A DNA stretch of 64,000 nucleotides, from NCBI RefSeq assembly GCF_009914755.1, contig NC_060927.1; one strand, 5' to 3'. The translations under genes and the position numbers were made by a program. The notes below the pieces were generated by a model, which searched no databases, had not been told where the DNA came from, and saw only the letters and a list, made by a program, of their open reading frames with translations. Source of the DNA: the human T2T-CHM13v2.0 reference genome, Homo sapiens. Shown here piece after piece: positions 14,386 to 27,001 of the stretch (its first letter is position 1; each line of letters starts with the position of its first letter).

Positions 14386-16247
14386 ATTTAAATTAATGAT
14401 TTCTTAGAATGGTGAGCTTACTACAAAAAGCAAAAGGAACTCAGTAGTTACGTTCCTTAAAATCTGGCAAAAACAACTTCAATAAAATGACTAGCCAGCA
14501 ACAGACAAATGGTATTTTTCTCTATGTTAACAGGAATATTCAAGTATCTGAAGAAAGGCTTAACCTTTTAGAAAATGTAAAGATGTACAATCCTTACTTT
14601 TAAACACAATATATTAAACAAATTAGGCTTTTTCATGGCTCAAGATAATGAACATTATATCTACTTATATTCAGCTCACTCAAAAAAGTGGGAATAACAT
14701 CACAATATATAGCAGAATAAGAACTCCAAATCTCCATCCCTTCACAAAGCAATGAATAGGTGGCAAAACAGCCAGAATCAACATTTTCATAATTCTAGAA
14801 TTCAATTAAAACCTTATAACAACCAGAGGAACATGTAATGAAGAAAGATGCTGCTAGGTTTTCATAGGAAAACGCTGTGGAATTTTAATTTACTGCACAC
14901 CACTCCCAACTCCCCCTACATGGCAGCATCCATGATAGCAGCCCACATCTGGTGCCTGTTGTGGGTACCAGATAAACTAATATGGACCTTATTCTCAAAA
15001 AACTGTGGTTGTATGTTTTGAACTATGTAGTGGCTCCCTGAAGGATTGGGTCAAGGGCTTGTCTTTGTTCCACCATGCTTGGAGATTCCTAGTACTGAAG
15101 CGTCTTTCCCAGTGGTGTCTGTCAAAAGCATATCTCTCTCATCTGTGTGTAACAGGTAACAACTGGGGCAAACAATAAACATCTAAAGACCCAGGAAGGA
15201 AGAAGCTGGAGAAGGAGATGCATATGAAAATAAAGGTTTTGAAAGCTCCCATATATAATAGAAAACCTAGAGGCCACATGCGTGTCCAGGACTGGCCATA
15301 TGCTCAGAGAAGACTCATGAAGACCCTAAACTTTCACCTCTGGCTGACCTTTCAGCTCTGCGCAAGTAAAAAGTGAAGACTAGGACAGAACTGTAAGAAG
15401 CTTGGCTGAGCATTATGTACCCCAACACAGAAGCAATTTCTAAAATCTAGGAGAGTTTGTTTTTGTTTGGGCTTTTTTGGGGAGTTGTTGGGGGGAGATC
15501 GAGGCATTTAGGAAAACCTCTGCCAAATTATAGCCGATTGCCAAGAGAATGAACAGAGAATTCAGTGGACAAACACAATGAAGAACACAGACTTTACAAA
15601 AATAGTTTTAAAAGACTCATTAAACAACCACCAGAACAAGCAGCAATAACAATCCCCAGGGAGGGGGAAACATTGGCTCTCCAGCTACAATATTCAAAAT
15701 ATCCAATTTCCAACAAAAACATTTGAGGCATGCAAATAAAGATCAAACTATATCCTGGTCACAAGAGAAAAAGAAATTAACAGAAATTGTCCCAGAGGAA
15801 GGCCAGACACTGAATTTACTAGACAAAGACTTTAAATCAACTGCCTTAAATATGCTCACAGAACTAAAAAAAAAACCCTGGACAATGAACTAAAGGGAAC
15901 CAGAATGTCATCTCACCAATTAGAGAATATTGATGTTAAAAAATAGAAGTCACAGAAAGGAACTAAATAGAAATTCTGGAGCTAAAGAATAAAATAATTA
16001 AAATAGAAAATAGCTAGTTCTTTGAAAACATCAACAAAACTGATAAGCTTTTAGCTAGACTGACAAAAAGAAGACCCACATTACTAAAATAAAAAACAAA
16101 AGTAGGCACATTACTACTGACCTTATGAAAGATTACTATTTTAATTGTAAGCCAACTAGCCTATTTATACAAAATGGACAAATTCCTAGAAACATACAAA
16201 CTATCAAAACTGACCCAAGAAATAGAAAACTGAACAGTCCTATAACA

Positions 16248-16562
16248 CAGTGGTCCCCCACCTTGTTTTGCACCAGGGACTGGTGTTGTGAAAGACAATT
16301 TTTCCATGGAGCGGGGGGCGTTGGGCTGAAATCGTTTCACCTCAAATCATCAGGCATTAGATTCTCCTAAGGAGTGCACAACCTAGATCTCTTGCATGCA
16401 CAGTTTACAATAGGCTTCCTATGAGAATCTAATGCTGCCACTGATCTGACAGGAGGCAGAGCTCAGGCAGTAATGCTCCCTTGAAGGCCGCTCACCTCCT
16501 GCTGTGCAGCCAGTTCCTAATGGGCCGTGGACCATCTGTGGCCTGGCAGTCGCGGACCCCTG
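16248..16562. mobile_element. MER1B-type hAT element
   Basis: TIRs cagtggtcccc / ggacccctg; perfect 8-bp TSD ctataaca (16240-16247, 16563-16570). Confidence 0.88.
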
Positions 16563-17351
16563 CTATAACAAATAAAGAGATTGAATAAAGAATTAAAACC
16601 TCCCAACAAAGAAATGCCTAGGACTACATGGCTTTGCTGATGAAGTCTACCAAAAATTTAAAGAATCAACATAAATTCTTCTCAAAATAAAAGAAGAGGG
16701 AGAACTTGAATATTCTTCAACAAATAGCGCTAGGACAACTGGATATCCACATTTCTTGAGGCCAAAACTAGACACTTCATACCAAAACTAGAAAAAGACA
16801 TCATGAGGAAACAATAAACTAACATCCCTTATGATTATGTAAAAATTTTCAATAAAATACTAGCAAACCAAATTCAGCAGCATATTGAAAGAATTGTAGA
16901 CCATGTCCAAGTGGGACTTATACCAGGAATGTAAGGGTGGTTGTACACTTTAAAATATTTAATATATCACATTAATAAAATGAAAGGAATAAAAACATTA
17001 TAATCTCAACTGATGCAAAGAAAAAGCATTTATAAAATCCACTATGTTTTCATGATAAAAAACACTCAACATCATAGAAGGGAACTTCTTTACCATGATA
17101 AAGATCGTTTATTTAAAAACCCACAGCTAATATCACAGTTAAGGGTGAAAAACTCAATGCTTTCTTTCAAAGATCAGGAGAGAGATAAAGATGCCACTTT
17201 TCACCACTTTTATTCAACACTGTTCTACAAGTTTTAACTAGATCAACTAGGTAAGAAATAAAAGCCATTCAAATTGGAAAGTCATAAAACAAACCAAAAA
17301 ATCATCTCTATTTGCAGATATGATGTTATACATAGAAAATCCTAAAGAATG

Positions 17352-17638
17352 TTTTGTTTTGTTTTCTTTGAGATTGGGTCTCATTCTGTCATGCAGGCGC
17401 CATCTCAGCTCACTGCAACCTCCGCCTCCTGGGCTCAAGCGATCCTCCCACTTCAGCCTCCTGAGTAGCTGGGACCATAGGCATGTGCCACCACAGCCGG
17501 CTAGTTTTTTGTATTTTTGATAGTGACGGCATTTCACCACGTTGCCCAGGCTGGTCTTGAACTCCTGAGCTTAAGTGATCTGCCTGCCTCGGCCTCCCAT
17601 AGTGCTGGGATTATAGGTGTGAGCTACTATGCTTGGCC
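17352..17638 (-). mobile_element. Alu (J/S, diverged)
   Basis: Alu reverse complement within L1. Confidence 0.9.
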
Positions 17639-18549
17639 AAGAATTAAAAAAAACAAACTATCAGAGCTAATGAACAAATTCAGCAAAGTTGCAGAATATA
17701 AGATAAAGTCACAAAATCTGTTGCTTTTCTATATACCAGCAATGAACAATCCAAAAATAAGAAATTAAGAAAGCAATTCTATTTAGCATCAGAAAGAATA
17801 AAACTTAGGAAAAAATTAGCTCTGATAGTTTGATGACTAAGAAGGCCCAGGCCTAAAAATGGACACAAGGAAAATATTTACAAATAATAAAACACACTAT
17901 TGGTGTGCTGAGTGTGTGCATGTGCACATTTGCTATCAGGTATCACTTATGTCAAAACGACTTACTTTTACAGAACAAGGAGTTGGTTTAAACTCATTGG
18001 TAAAAGGCATTCCTAATAGAGGGCAGGATGCAAAGTTGACCAGGATGCAGGAGGACAGACTGGTAGAAATATACATTGATACAGCCTCTGTGCAACTGGC
18101 AATCACTAGCAAAATTTTCAATGCACATCCCACTGAAAAAGATCTCCAAGATATATTGGGGGTGAGGGGTAGTACAAAACAATCAAATAAGCCAACTTGT
18201 GTGTTAAAAGGGGGAGAAAATCAAGAATAGATTTGATATGCTTGGCTTATCTGTTGTAAAATTTGTGTTACCAGTACTCTCCACATCACAGGGCAGAAAT
18301 CTTAAACTACATTTCCCAGAATCTCTTTTTATGGAATGATTTAAGGATAGTGTCTGCCAATGAGGCTCACGCATGCAAGATTAAATGAAGAGAAAGAAAA
18401 GCAATTCTTGTCTGATGGCAACTGGGAGTAAATTCATGGGCAGACGATAGGCATGAGGTTGGAAGCAGCTGTTGCATTAAGAAACATCTGCCTTTTCTGG
18501 ATTCAATACTGTACAACGCTAATTTTTCAAATTAAATCCATAATCTCAA

Positions 18550-19880
18550 TGGAATATCAGTGATGCTCAACAGTTTTCATGGCACTTCAAAATGTTTTAA
18601 AAATTTATATGGAAGACCAAAGAGTAAAGAGCCAATTCGGGGCGGTGGGGGAGGAAGGTTGAACTGCACATCGTATACAAGAATAAAATTCTAGGTCATT
18701 CAGAAAACTAAATGGAAAAAAAATTTGCAAATTTTTAGAAGAAACAGAATATTTTTTAAGACCTTGTTTCTTACACAACACAAAAAAGGGGGAAAAACCC
18801 ATAAAAGATTGATAAGAATGATCATACTATAATTTAAAAGTTCTGAATGAGTGACCCCTAAAACAAAGTAGACTAGCCACAGATTGAGAGGTATAACAAA
18901 ACCAATAAAAGATTCATAGCCTACCTACAGATAGATAGATAATAGAGATATATACTTACCACTACAAAGCAAAGAAAAAATAGGCAATTCACAAAAAACA
19001 TCTAACTTGTCAAAAATATGTAAAAATATATTTTATCTCTTTAGAAATCCGGGAAACACAAATTAAAACAAAGTATCACTCATATACATCAGAATGCCAA
19101 AATGAAAGTCAAACTAAAATAATTATCGGCAAGTTTGAGAGTAAAGAATGACTCTTACTCAATTGCTTGTGACAATATAATCAGTACAGCCCCTCTGAAG
19201 AAAATAATAATTACATAATAAAGGTGAACATGTCTATATCCTATGACCCAGCAATTTTACCTCCACATATCAATCTCAGAGAAACTGTACAAAAAAAGAT
19301 ACACATTGTACTAGAATTTCTACATCACTATTTGTAATAACTAAAACTAGAAGATACCTAACTATAGAAAGTTAAGAAAATAGATAAACAGCAGTTTATT
19401 TGTATCAGATATACAGCAACTATTATTTTTATTTGTATAGATTTATCAGGCACAAGTGCAATTTTGTTACACGCACAGATTGTGTAGTGGTCAAATCAGG
19501 GCTTTTGGGGTATCCCCAAAGATACAGATATATAGAAATTACAACAAATGTATTATCATGGATAAATTTTAAAAGCAGTGATAAAAAGATACATAAAGCA
19601 TACCATTAATTTAAAATTTTAGAAAACATAACAGTAATATTATACTGTTTATGGATATGTAAACACAGTATAAGTGAAAAAAGCCTAGATGATAAAAGCT
19701 AACTTCCAAGGTGGTTACCTAGGAAAAAAGGGGAGCAGAGCTCTAGTTATATATGTAAATATTTCATTCTTTAAGAGACACAAAGCAAATATGGCAAAGT
19801 ATTCACAGCTGTTTATTCCTAGTGATAGGTAGTTAGGTTTATATTTTATTTTATCCTGTGTGTCTGAACATTTCTATTTG
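18550..19880 (+). mobile_element. Old L1 (L1MC/ME-like) 3' fragments
   Basis: cacaaattaaaacaa, tcagtacagcccctctg, cctatgacccagcaattttacctc motifs. Confidence 0.6.
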
Positions 19881-20149
19881 ATTAAAACCATTTTTCAAGA
19901 AAGATCACTGATTGGTCTGAGTGTAGAAGATGAACTGAAATGGCGGCAAAATTGGAGAAGAGTAGACTGGCCAGAGAACTACTGCATTAGTCCAATAAGA
20001 AATGACAGCAGCAGGAACTAAAGCCATGAAAGTGCAAGGGAGAGATCAATATTACATATACATACAAATTAGGACTACAGAGTTCTTCATACAGTTATGC
20101 AAGTACGGTATGCCTGTAGGTCATTCTCCTTTCTTTAAAATCTCCTATA

Positions 20150-21240
20150 TTAGACATTTCTCAAATGAAGACACAAATGGCCAAGTATATATTTTTTAAA
20201 AAGTTCACTCTCTCATCACCAGGGAAAGGCAAATTAAAACCATGAGATATCATCTCACACCTGTTAGAACAGCTTCTACCAAAAAGATGAAAGAAAGGTA
20301 AGTGCTGGCAAAGATGTGGAGAAAAGAGAACCCCTACCCACTGTTGGGGAGGAATGTAAATTAGTACAGCCATTATGGAAAACAGTATGAAGGTTCCTCA
20401 AAAAATTAAAAATAAAATTGCCATATGATCCAGTAATCCCACTACAGGGTATATAACCAAAAGAAATGAAAGCAGTATGTCAAAGAGATATGTGCACTCA
20501 CACTTTCATTACAGCATTATTCAAAATAGCCAAAACATAGAATCAACCTAAGTGTCCATCAATAAATGAAAAAAAAGTGGTATATGTACACCCTGGGATA
20601 CTATTCAGCCTTAAAGGAGGAGGAAGTCCTGTCACTGCATTAATTTTAGCCCTTACTTTGATGCATTTTGAGTTAATTTTTGTGAGGTAAGGGATCACAT
20701 TTATTCTTTTGCATGTGGGGAAATCTAGTTTCCCCAACATCATTTGTTGAAAAGACTGTCTTTTGCCCCCATTGAATGGCCCTGGGACCCTCAAAGTAAG
20801 AGCTAAAACTGTAAAACTCTTAGAAGAAAACACAGGGGAAAAGCTTCATGACATTGGATTTGGCAGTGATTCCTTGGCTATGGCACCAGAACCACAGGCA
20901 ACAAAAGAAAAAAGTTAAATTGGACTTTGTCAAAGTTTAAAACTTTTATGCAGAGAAGGATACTATCAACAGAGTGAAAAGGCAATGCAGAGAACAGGAG
21001 AAAATATTAGCAAATTACAAATCTGACAAGGGATTAATATCCAGAATATATAAAGAAATCCTACAATTAAACAACAAATTTTTAAATGGACAAGGGACTT
21101 GAATAGACATTTATCAAAAGGTATACAAATGGCCAATCAACAACATGAAAAGATGTTCAACATCACAAATCATTAGGGATATGCAAACCAAAGTCATGAA
21201 ATACCACTTCATACACGAGAATAGCTATTATTAAAAATTG
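20150..21240 (+). mobile_element. L1MA/MB fragments with an inverted segment at ~20641-20790
   Basis: L1 3' ORF2/3'UTR motifs on +; central 150 bp is L1 on the minus strand. Confidence 0.85.
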
Positions 21241-21502
21241 TTAGTAGGTACTATGGAAGTGATCCTGAAAGTTATTTAGAGTTAATGTATAAAATATATG
21301 GCAGAATTTAATATGATTAAATTTTGACTTCATATGGCTAAAAAAGCATCACTTACAGATCTGATGAATGGAGAATTAGATCTGAAAGAATGACAAAGAA
21401 TTGCAGGGAATGGTAAATAAGTTATTTTCTAGAGGTCAAAATAGGCGAATGATTATGGAAAAATTATTACCTTCTGAAAGTCTCAGAGAAACATGAAGTT
21501 AG

Positions 21503-21556
21503 GGCTGGACGCGGTGGCTCATGCCTGTAATCCCAGCACTTTGGGAGGTGGGCAGA
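21503..21556 (+). mobile_element. Tail-less 5' Alu fragment flanked by a 15-bp direct repeat
   Basis: ggctggacgcggtggctcatgcctgtaatcccagcactttgggagg; agaaacatgaagtta at 21487-21501 and 21554-21568. Confidence 0.9.
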
Positions 21557-21732
21557 AACATGAAGTTAAACACCTTACATGTAAGAGATTGCATACTCAT
21601 AAAAAGGTGACATGATAGGAGTACTTTAGTAGTCAGTACACTACAGCTTTATTCTAAATATGTTTTCTGTTTCTCTAAACCATGAAGATAAACTGTGGGC
21701 TTGAATTTTTTATATGCAGTACTTTGAGACCC

Positions 21733-21799
21733 TTTGTATTTTCAGTAGAGATGGGGTTTCACCATGTTGGCCAGGCTGGTCTTGAACTCCTGACCTCAA
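21733..21799 (-). mobile_element. Alu left-arm internal fragment
   Basis: Reverse complement of TTGAGGTCAGGAGTTCAAGACCAGCCTGGCCAACATGGTGAAACCCCATCTCTACTGAAAATACAAA. Confidence 0.9.
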
Positions 21800-22214
21800 T
21801 TCTTTCTATAACACCAGCTTAACAAAAATATTAGTATCTGGGGGGGTGGGGGGGATTATTGCCTTCACATTTTTAACCTAATCTCTGACAGATTTTCCCG
21901 ATTTCCTCTGTATCCTCCACAGGTTTGCACCACGCTGCACTTGTTCACTGACTTCACAGATATTTCTTGAAACCTTACCAAAGCACAAACCAAACTTACC
22001 CTTTATAAATGTGTAATCAAGACCAAGACTCTAAATCAAGGTAACTCTGCTTAATTTTATATAGATAAGAAAACATCTGCAGAAAGTACATTCACGTCTG
22101 AAATATATAGCCAGAACTTTCCAACAAAGCCCAAGGAATTTAAATCTCCTAGCCTGTAGTAACCATACCCAGCAAGAGAGACAAACTTAGATATCTGCAG
22201 GACCAATATTAGAA

Positions 22215-23480
22215 GGCTGTTTTTAAAATTTTTGGTCTTAAGACCTCTTCACATTTTTAAATTATTGAAGAGCCCAAAAAGTTTTGCTTATGAGGATTAT
22301 TTCTACTGATGTCTACTGTATTCAAAATCAAAACTACCGAATTGCTTAAAAGTATTATTTTTAATTTATTTACTAATATATCCACTACATACCAATATAA
22401 ATAACTTTATTAAAATAATTATTTTTTAAAAAAATTAAGTAGCACTGTTCATGTCTGGCTTAACAGAAAATAGGTGGAATCTCACAGCTGCTTTTGCATT
22501 CAATTTGCTGCAATAAGTTATCATGGTTCAAGTATATGAAGAAAATCTATACTCATGGTAGCATATTTTTAGATACTTGTGGACAATCTTTGATATTACA
22601 TCAAAGCTTGACAAGTGATATCTCTTAGAAGTTAACTATAATGTGAATTATGAAGCCATATGAATGAGCTTTTAGTACTTTTTTCACATTAAAATCCATT
22701 GGTCTAACTGAACTTTGAATGGATCTTTTTTAACCCATGTGTCATTTTACAATATCATATATCAGTAATTTGGAAAATGCTGGTTCACTGGTTTACGAAG
22801 GTCTTCAATTACTGACACGTTTCATGATATACAATATCAAAAGTCATATTTATTAATATTACTACCAAAGCCACCAGAAAACATCTTTAAGCTCTGTAAA
22901 GGTAGCAAGCTCAAGGTGGCCGATACAGATTTACTCAAATTCTAATTTTGCTTGGAAGCTCAAATTTCATCATCTGTAACAAATATTGACAGTGGCTTTC
23001 CTTGAAGTGACAAGTTCACTTTGTTCCTTTTCAAGGAATATTTTCAATAAAAGGTTTGCCAAAGAGCCAAATCTGAATAACCATAATGTTAGTTGTTTTT
23101 TCAAGTAAAAAGGTATTCTATTAAAAAAAAAAAAAAGTCTAGTCCAGCTAGCAACTCAATCACATAAGCATTTTTCCTGTGCAGCATATACTCATTTTAT
23201 CATACAGACACCCCAGGGTGAAGTGTAATGTAAGTAATTTATACTTAAAAACAATCTTAAGGGAAATAGGCTTTTCCCTCCCCTTAACTGTAAGCAAGGC
23301 AGTGAAAAACACAGTCTGGTGCCACTAACTTGATTCCTAATACATCAGCAGTAAGTACTATTACTTTTGTACCATTAATGCGAATGTCGAAGTAAAAAAC
23401 GCATATAACATTTTATTATTATGATAACAGTTTTGACTTTAGGGACTCCCAGGGGTTCATGGACCACACTATGAGAAGTC
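22215..23480. mobile_element. Charlie1-type hAT DNA transposon relic
   Basis: Ends tttttggtcttaagacctcttcacatttttaaattattgaagagcccaaaaag and gactcccaggggttcatggaccacactatgagaa resemble Charlie1a. Confidence 0.7.
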
Positions 23481-23488
23481 TCTTAGAC

Positions 23489-23836
23489 CAGGGTCCCTAA
23501 CCCCTGGACTGAGGACTGCTAGCCATTCATGGCCTGTCAGAAACTGGGCTGGATAGCAGGAGGTGAGCAGCGGGCAAGCAAGCATTACCACCTCAACTCT
23601 GACTCCTGTCAGAGTAGCGCAGCATTAGATTCTCATAGGACTGCCAATCCTATTTTGAATTGCACATCTGAGGGATCTAGGTTATGTGCTTTTTACAACA
23701 CTCTAACTAATGCCTGATGATCTGAGGTGGAACAGTTTCATCTCAAAACCATCCCACCCCCCACCGCACCCCCATCCACGGAAAAATTGTCTTCCACGAA
23801 ACTGGTCCCTGGTGCCAAAAACACTGGGGACTGCTG
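23489..23836. mobile_element. MER1-type hAT element
   Basis: cagggtccctaacccc...gaaactggtccctggtgccaaaa...ggggactgctg. Confidence 0.85.
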
Positions 23837-24390
23837 CAGTAATGGATTAATTTTGGCCAAAGAAAGGTTTGGCCCTTGCTCAGCTCCTAGGAGGTAACTG
23901 CTAACCCCTTGGAATGTCCTGCTTGATAAAGAGTCGTTGTTTACCTGGGGGCTTTGGTCCATGACAGATAGTCTAACAATATGATTCTTGGTGGGACCTT
24001 TAAGTCACGGAGTATCAGCTTGACCTCTGGAGGGGATGGAGACTAACATCAGCCACAGGTGTGGTCAACCATACCTATGTGACTGACTTCTCAATAAAAA
24101 CTCTGGACAGCAAACCTCACGTGGGTGGCCTTGGTTGGCAATACTCCTTGCGTGTCACCATATATTGTTGCTGGGAAAAGTAAGCACTGTCTGCACAACC
24201 CCATTAGGAGAGGACATCTGGAAGTTCACGCCTGAAACTCTCCTGGACCTCTGTCCTATGCACCTTTACCCACTGTTGGTTTTAATCCGTATTCTTTTGA
24301 TGTAATAAACCATACCATTAATTTAACTGCTTTGCTGAGTTCTGTGAGTCTTTCTAAGCAAATTATCAAATCTGAGAGTGCACAATCTCC
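23837..24390 (+). mobile_element. ERV LTR of the MER21/MER68/MER77 group
   Basis: cccttggaatgtcctgcttgata, caataaaaactctggaca, gtaataaaccat, gagttctgtgagtc motifs. Confidence 0.65.
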
Positions 24391-24586
24391 CACAAACTAA
24401 ACAAGTTGGTCAAGATCAAACTCCTGAGTATATATAACAAAAGCCAATCCCCACCTACATGTTTCTCTACACAAGACACTGTTTTGCCCAAGACCAAAAA
24501 CTATTGTGCATATGTGCACAGATCCAAATTGCACTGCCAAACTCCACATAACTACCAGCCCCTTCTCCAAGCAGCTTGTTTTAGAG

Positions 24587-24791
24587 CAGGGATTCTCACC
24601 AAATGATTCTTTGTTATAGAGGAACGTCCTGTCCACAGTAGGATGTTTAGCAGCATCCCTGGCCTCTGTCCAATAGGTGCCAATAGTATCCTTCCCTCCT
24701 TCCCAGTGGTAACAACAAAAAATGTCTCCAGACACTGTCAAATTCCCCTGAGGAGAAAAATCGCTCTCCCCTCAATATTGAAAATCACTGT
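24587..24791. mobile_element. MER20 (partial)
   Basis: gtaggatgtttagcagcatccctggcctct...aaaaatgtctccagacactgtcaaat. Confidence 0.8.
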
Positions 24792-26266
24792 TTCAGGAAA
24801 CTCACCTAGGTAGTCTGACCTTGCCTTATCTTTTACAAAAAAAGGGAATAAATTCACTTTTAGCTCTACCTTCCTGCCTTTCCTAATGTTAATTATTTGA
24901 TGATGGAAAGCAATTGCACATTCTGAGTTCTACCTTCAAAAAATATCTGGATAGAAGTGGTGAACTAAAAACTCTTCCTTCTGGGGAACTCAGTCAGATT
25001 ACCAATTTCAAGAGAAGGAGAAGCCTCTAACAATGATCTTTAAATAAGGATACATATATATTTTCTGTATCTTATGCACACCGCAGAGGGAAGATAGACT
25101 AGTTTTCTTCAACCTTGGGAGTATACATCAAAATAACCCCCAGTAGTTTTTAAAAATATAGGTGCCAGGGTCCTATCTCAGACACACTTAATCAGAATTC
25201 ATTATTTATCCAGCAATTGAGTGTCCACTATATGCCAAAGCATTGTTACAGGTGCTGGAGACACAGCAGTAAATAAAAGACATCGTATTTGCCCTTGAAG
25301 AACTCACATTCCAGTAGAGTGAGACATTTCATAAACATATAGACAAATAAGATCACTTCAGATAGTGCTACAGGGAAATAAATAGAATAAAGGAAGAAAT
25401 TTCTCTGCATTCTCAGCAATATCTGCAGAAATACATTCAAAGTTAAATGTGGTAAGTGAAAATATTATTTTGCATTTTATTATTTAGAAAGCCTGTGACA
25501 TAATTACATACCTACATTTAAAATTCCTTATGTGTAGGGGTGCTGAGCAAAAGTGTCTCTCCCTACTCTTTGGGAATCTTTAAGCTCAAGATTAGGTAAA
25601 TTCCCTCCCAGTTTCAATTCTAATTTCCATCAGTTCAATGAAAACATTATGCTAAATTTTAAAAATAAATTTAGGGGATACACTGCAGATTTCTTACATG
25701 CACTTACTGCATTGTGATGAAGTGCGCTTTTAGTGTAGAGATCACCTAAATAGTGAACACTGTATCCAACAGGTGATTTTTCAACCCTTGCCCACCTCCC
25801 ACCTTTTGTAGTTTCTAATATCTGTTATCCCCTTGGTATGTCCCATATACCCTTGTTTAGCTCCCATTTAGAAGTGAGAACATGCAGTATTTGACTATGT
25901 TTCCAAGTTATTTCACGGAGGATAATGGGCTCCAATTCCATCCATGTTTGCTGCAAAAGACATGATTTCATTCTTTATACATATACACCACATTTTCTTT
26001 ATCCAATCTTCTGTTGATGGATATTTAGGCTGATTCCACGTATATGCTACGGTGAATAGCGCTGCAATAAACATACCAGTGTAGATACCTTTTTGACATG
26101 ATTTCTTTCCCTTAGGGTATATTCACAGTAGTGGGACTGCAGAATCAAATGGTATCACTATTTTTAGTTCTTTGAGAAATCTCCATACTATTTTCCATAA
26201 GGATTTTACTAACTTACATTCCCACCAATAGTGTATAGTGTATAAGCATTCCCTTTTCTTCACACC

Positions 26267-26797
26267 TGTGATGGTTAAAACTGAGTGTCAACTTGATTGG
26301 ATTGAAGGATGCAAAGTATTGATCCAGGGTGTGTCTGTGAGGGTGCTGCCAAAGGAGATTAACATTTAAGTCAGTGGGCTGGGAAAGGCGGATCTACCCT
26401 TAATCTGAGTAGGCACCATCTAATCAGCTGTCAGCACAGCTGGAATATGAAGTAGGCAGAAAAACGTGAAAAGACTAGACTGGTGTAGCCTCCCATCCTA
26501 CATCTTTCTCCTGTGCTGGATACTTCCTGCCCTCAAGCATTGGACTCCAAGTTATTCAGTTTTGGGGCTCGGACTGGCTATCCTTGCTCCTCAGCTGGCA
26601 GATGCCCTACTGTGGGACCTTGTGATCATGTGAGTTAATACTTAAACTCCCCTTCATATATATATAATATATAAAAATATACTACATATTATGTACTATA
26701 TATATATAAAATATATACATTATTTTTTATATATATAATGTGTGTGTGTATATATATATCTCCTATTAGTTCTGTCCCTCTAGAGAACCCTAATACA
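26267..26797 (+). mobile_element. MLT2A (HERV-L) solo LTR, MLT2A1-like, with internal (TA)n
   Basis: tgtgatggttaaaactgagtgtcaacttgattggattgaagg...ctagagaaccctaataca; 5-bp TSD acacc/gcacc. Confidence 0.88.
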
Positions 26798-26875
26798 GCA
26801 CCCTTGGCAACATCTGTTGTTTTTTTGACCTTTTAATAGTAACTAACCATTCTGACTCATATAAGATGGTTTTAA

Positions 26876-27001
26876 CCCATTTATGCTGGAAGCTGCAATT
26901 ATGAGTGAAAAATCAGAACTTGGCAATGACCTTGAGCAGTAGGATATAAATAACTCCCACATGCTTAGTGTTCCAATAATGGAACACTAGGCATAAGTGG
27001 A
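26876..27001 (-). mobile_element. MER85 (piggyBac/PGBD3-derived MITE)
   Basis: TTAA target sites 26872-26875 and 27002-27005; TIRs cccatttatgc / gcataagtgga; internal palindrome gttccaataatggaac. Confidence 0.9.

Larger units (their letters stand above)
14690..17820 (+). mobile_element. Old L1M (5' region and ORF2 fragments) with MER1 and Alu inserts
   Basis: L1 motifs aaaatggacaaattcctagaaacatac, aaaatactagcaaaccaaattcagcagcat, tttgcagatatgatg. Confidence 0.85.

Noticed and set aside
17859-18230. 123-aa ATG ORF
   Set aside because: No recognisable homology, includes old L1-like motifs, antisense within an intron
21840-21854. G7-T-G7 tract
   Set aside because: Short mononucleotide run with no supporting context
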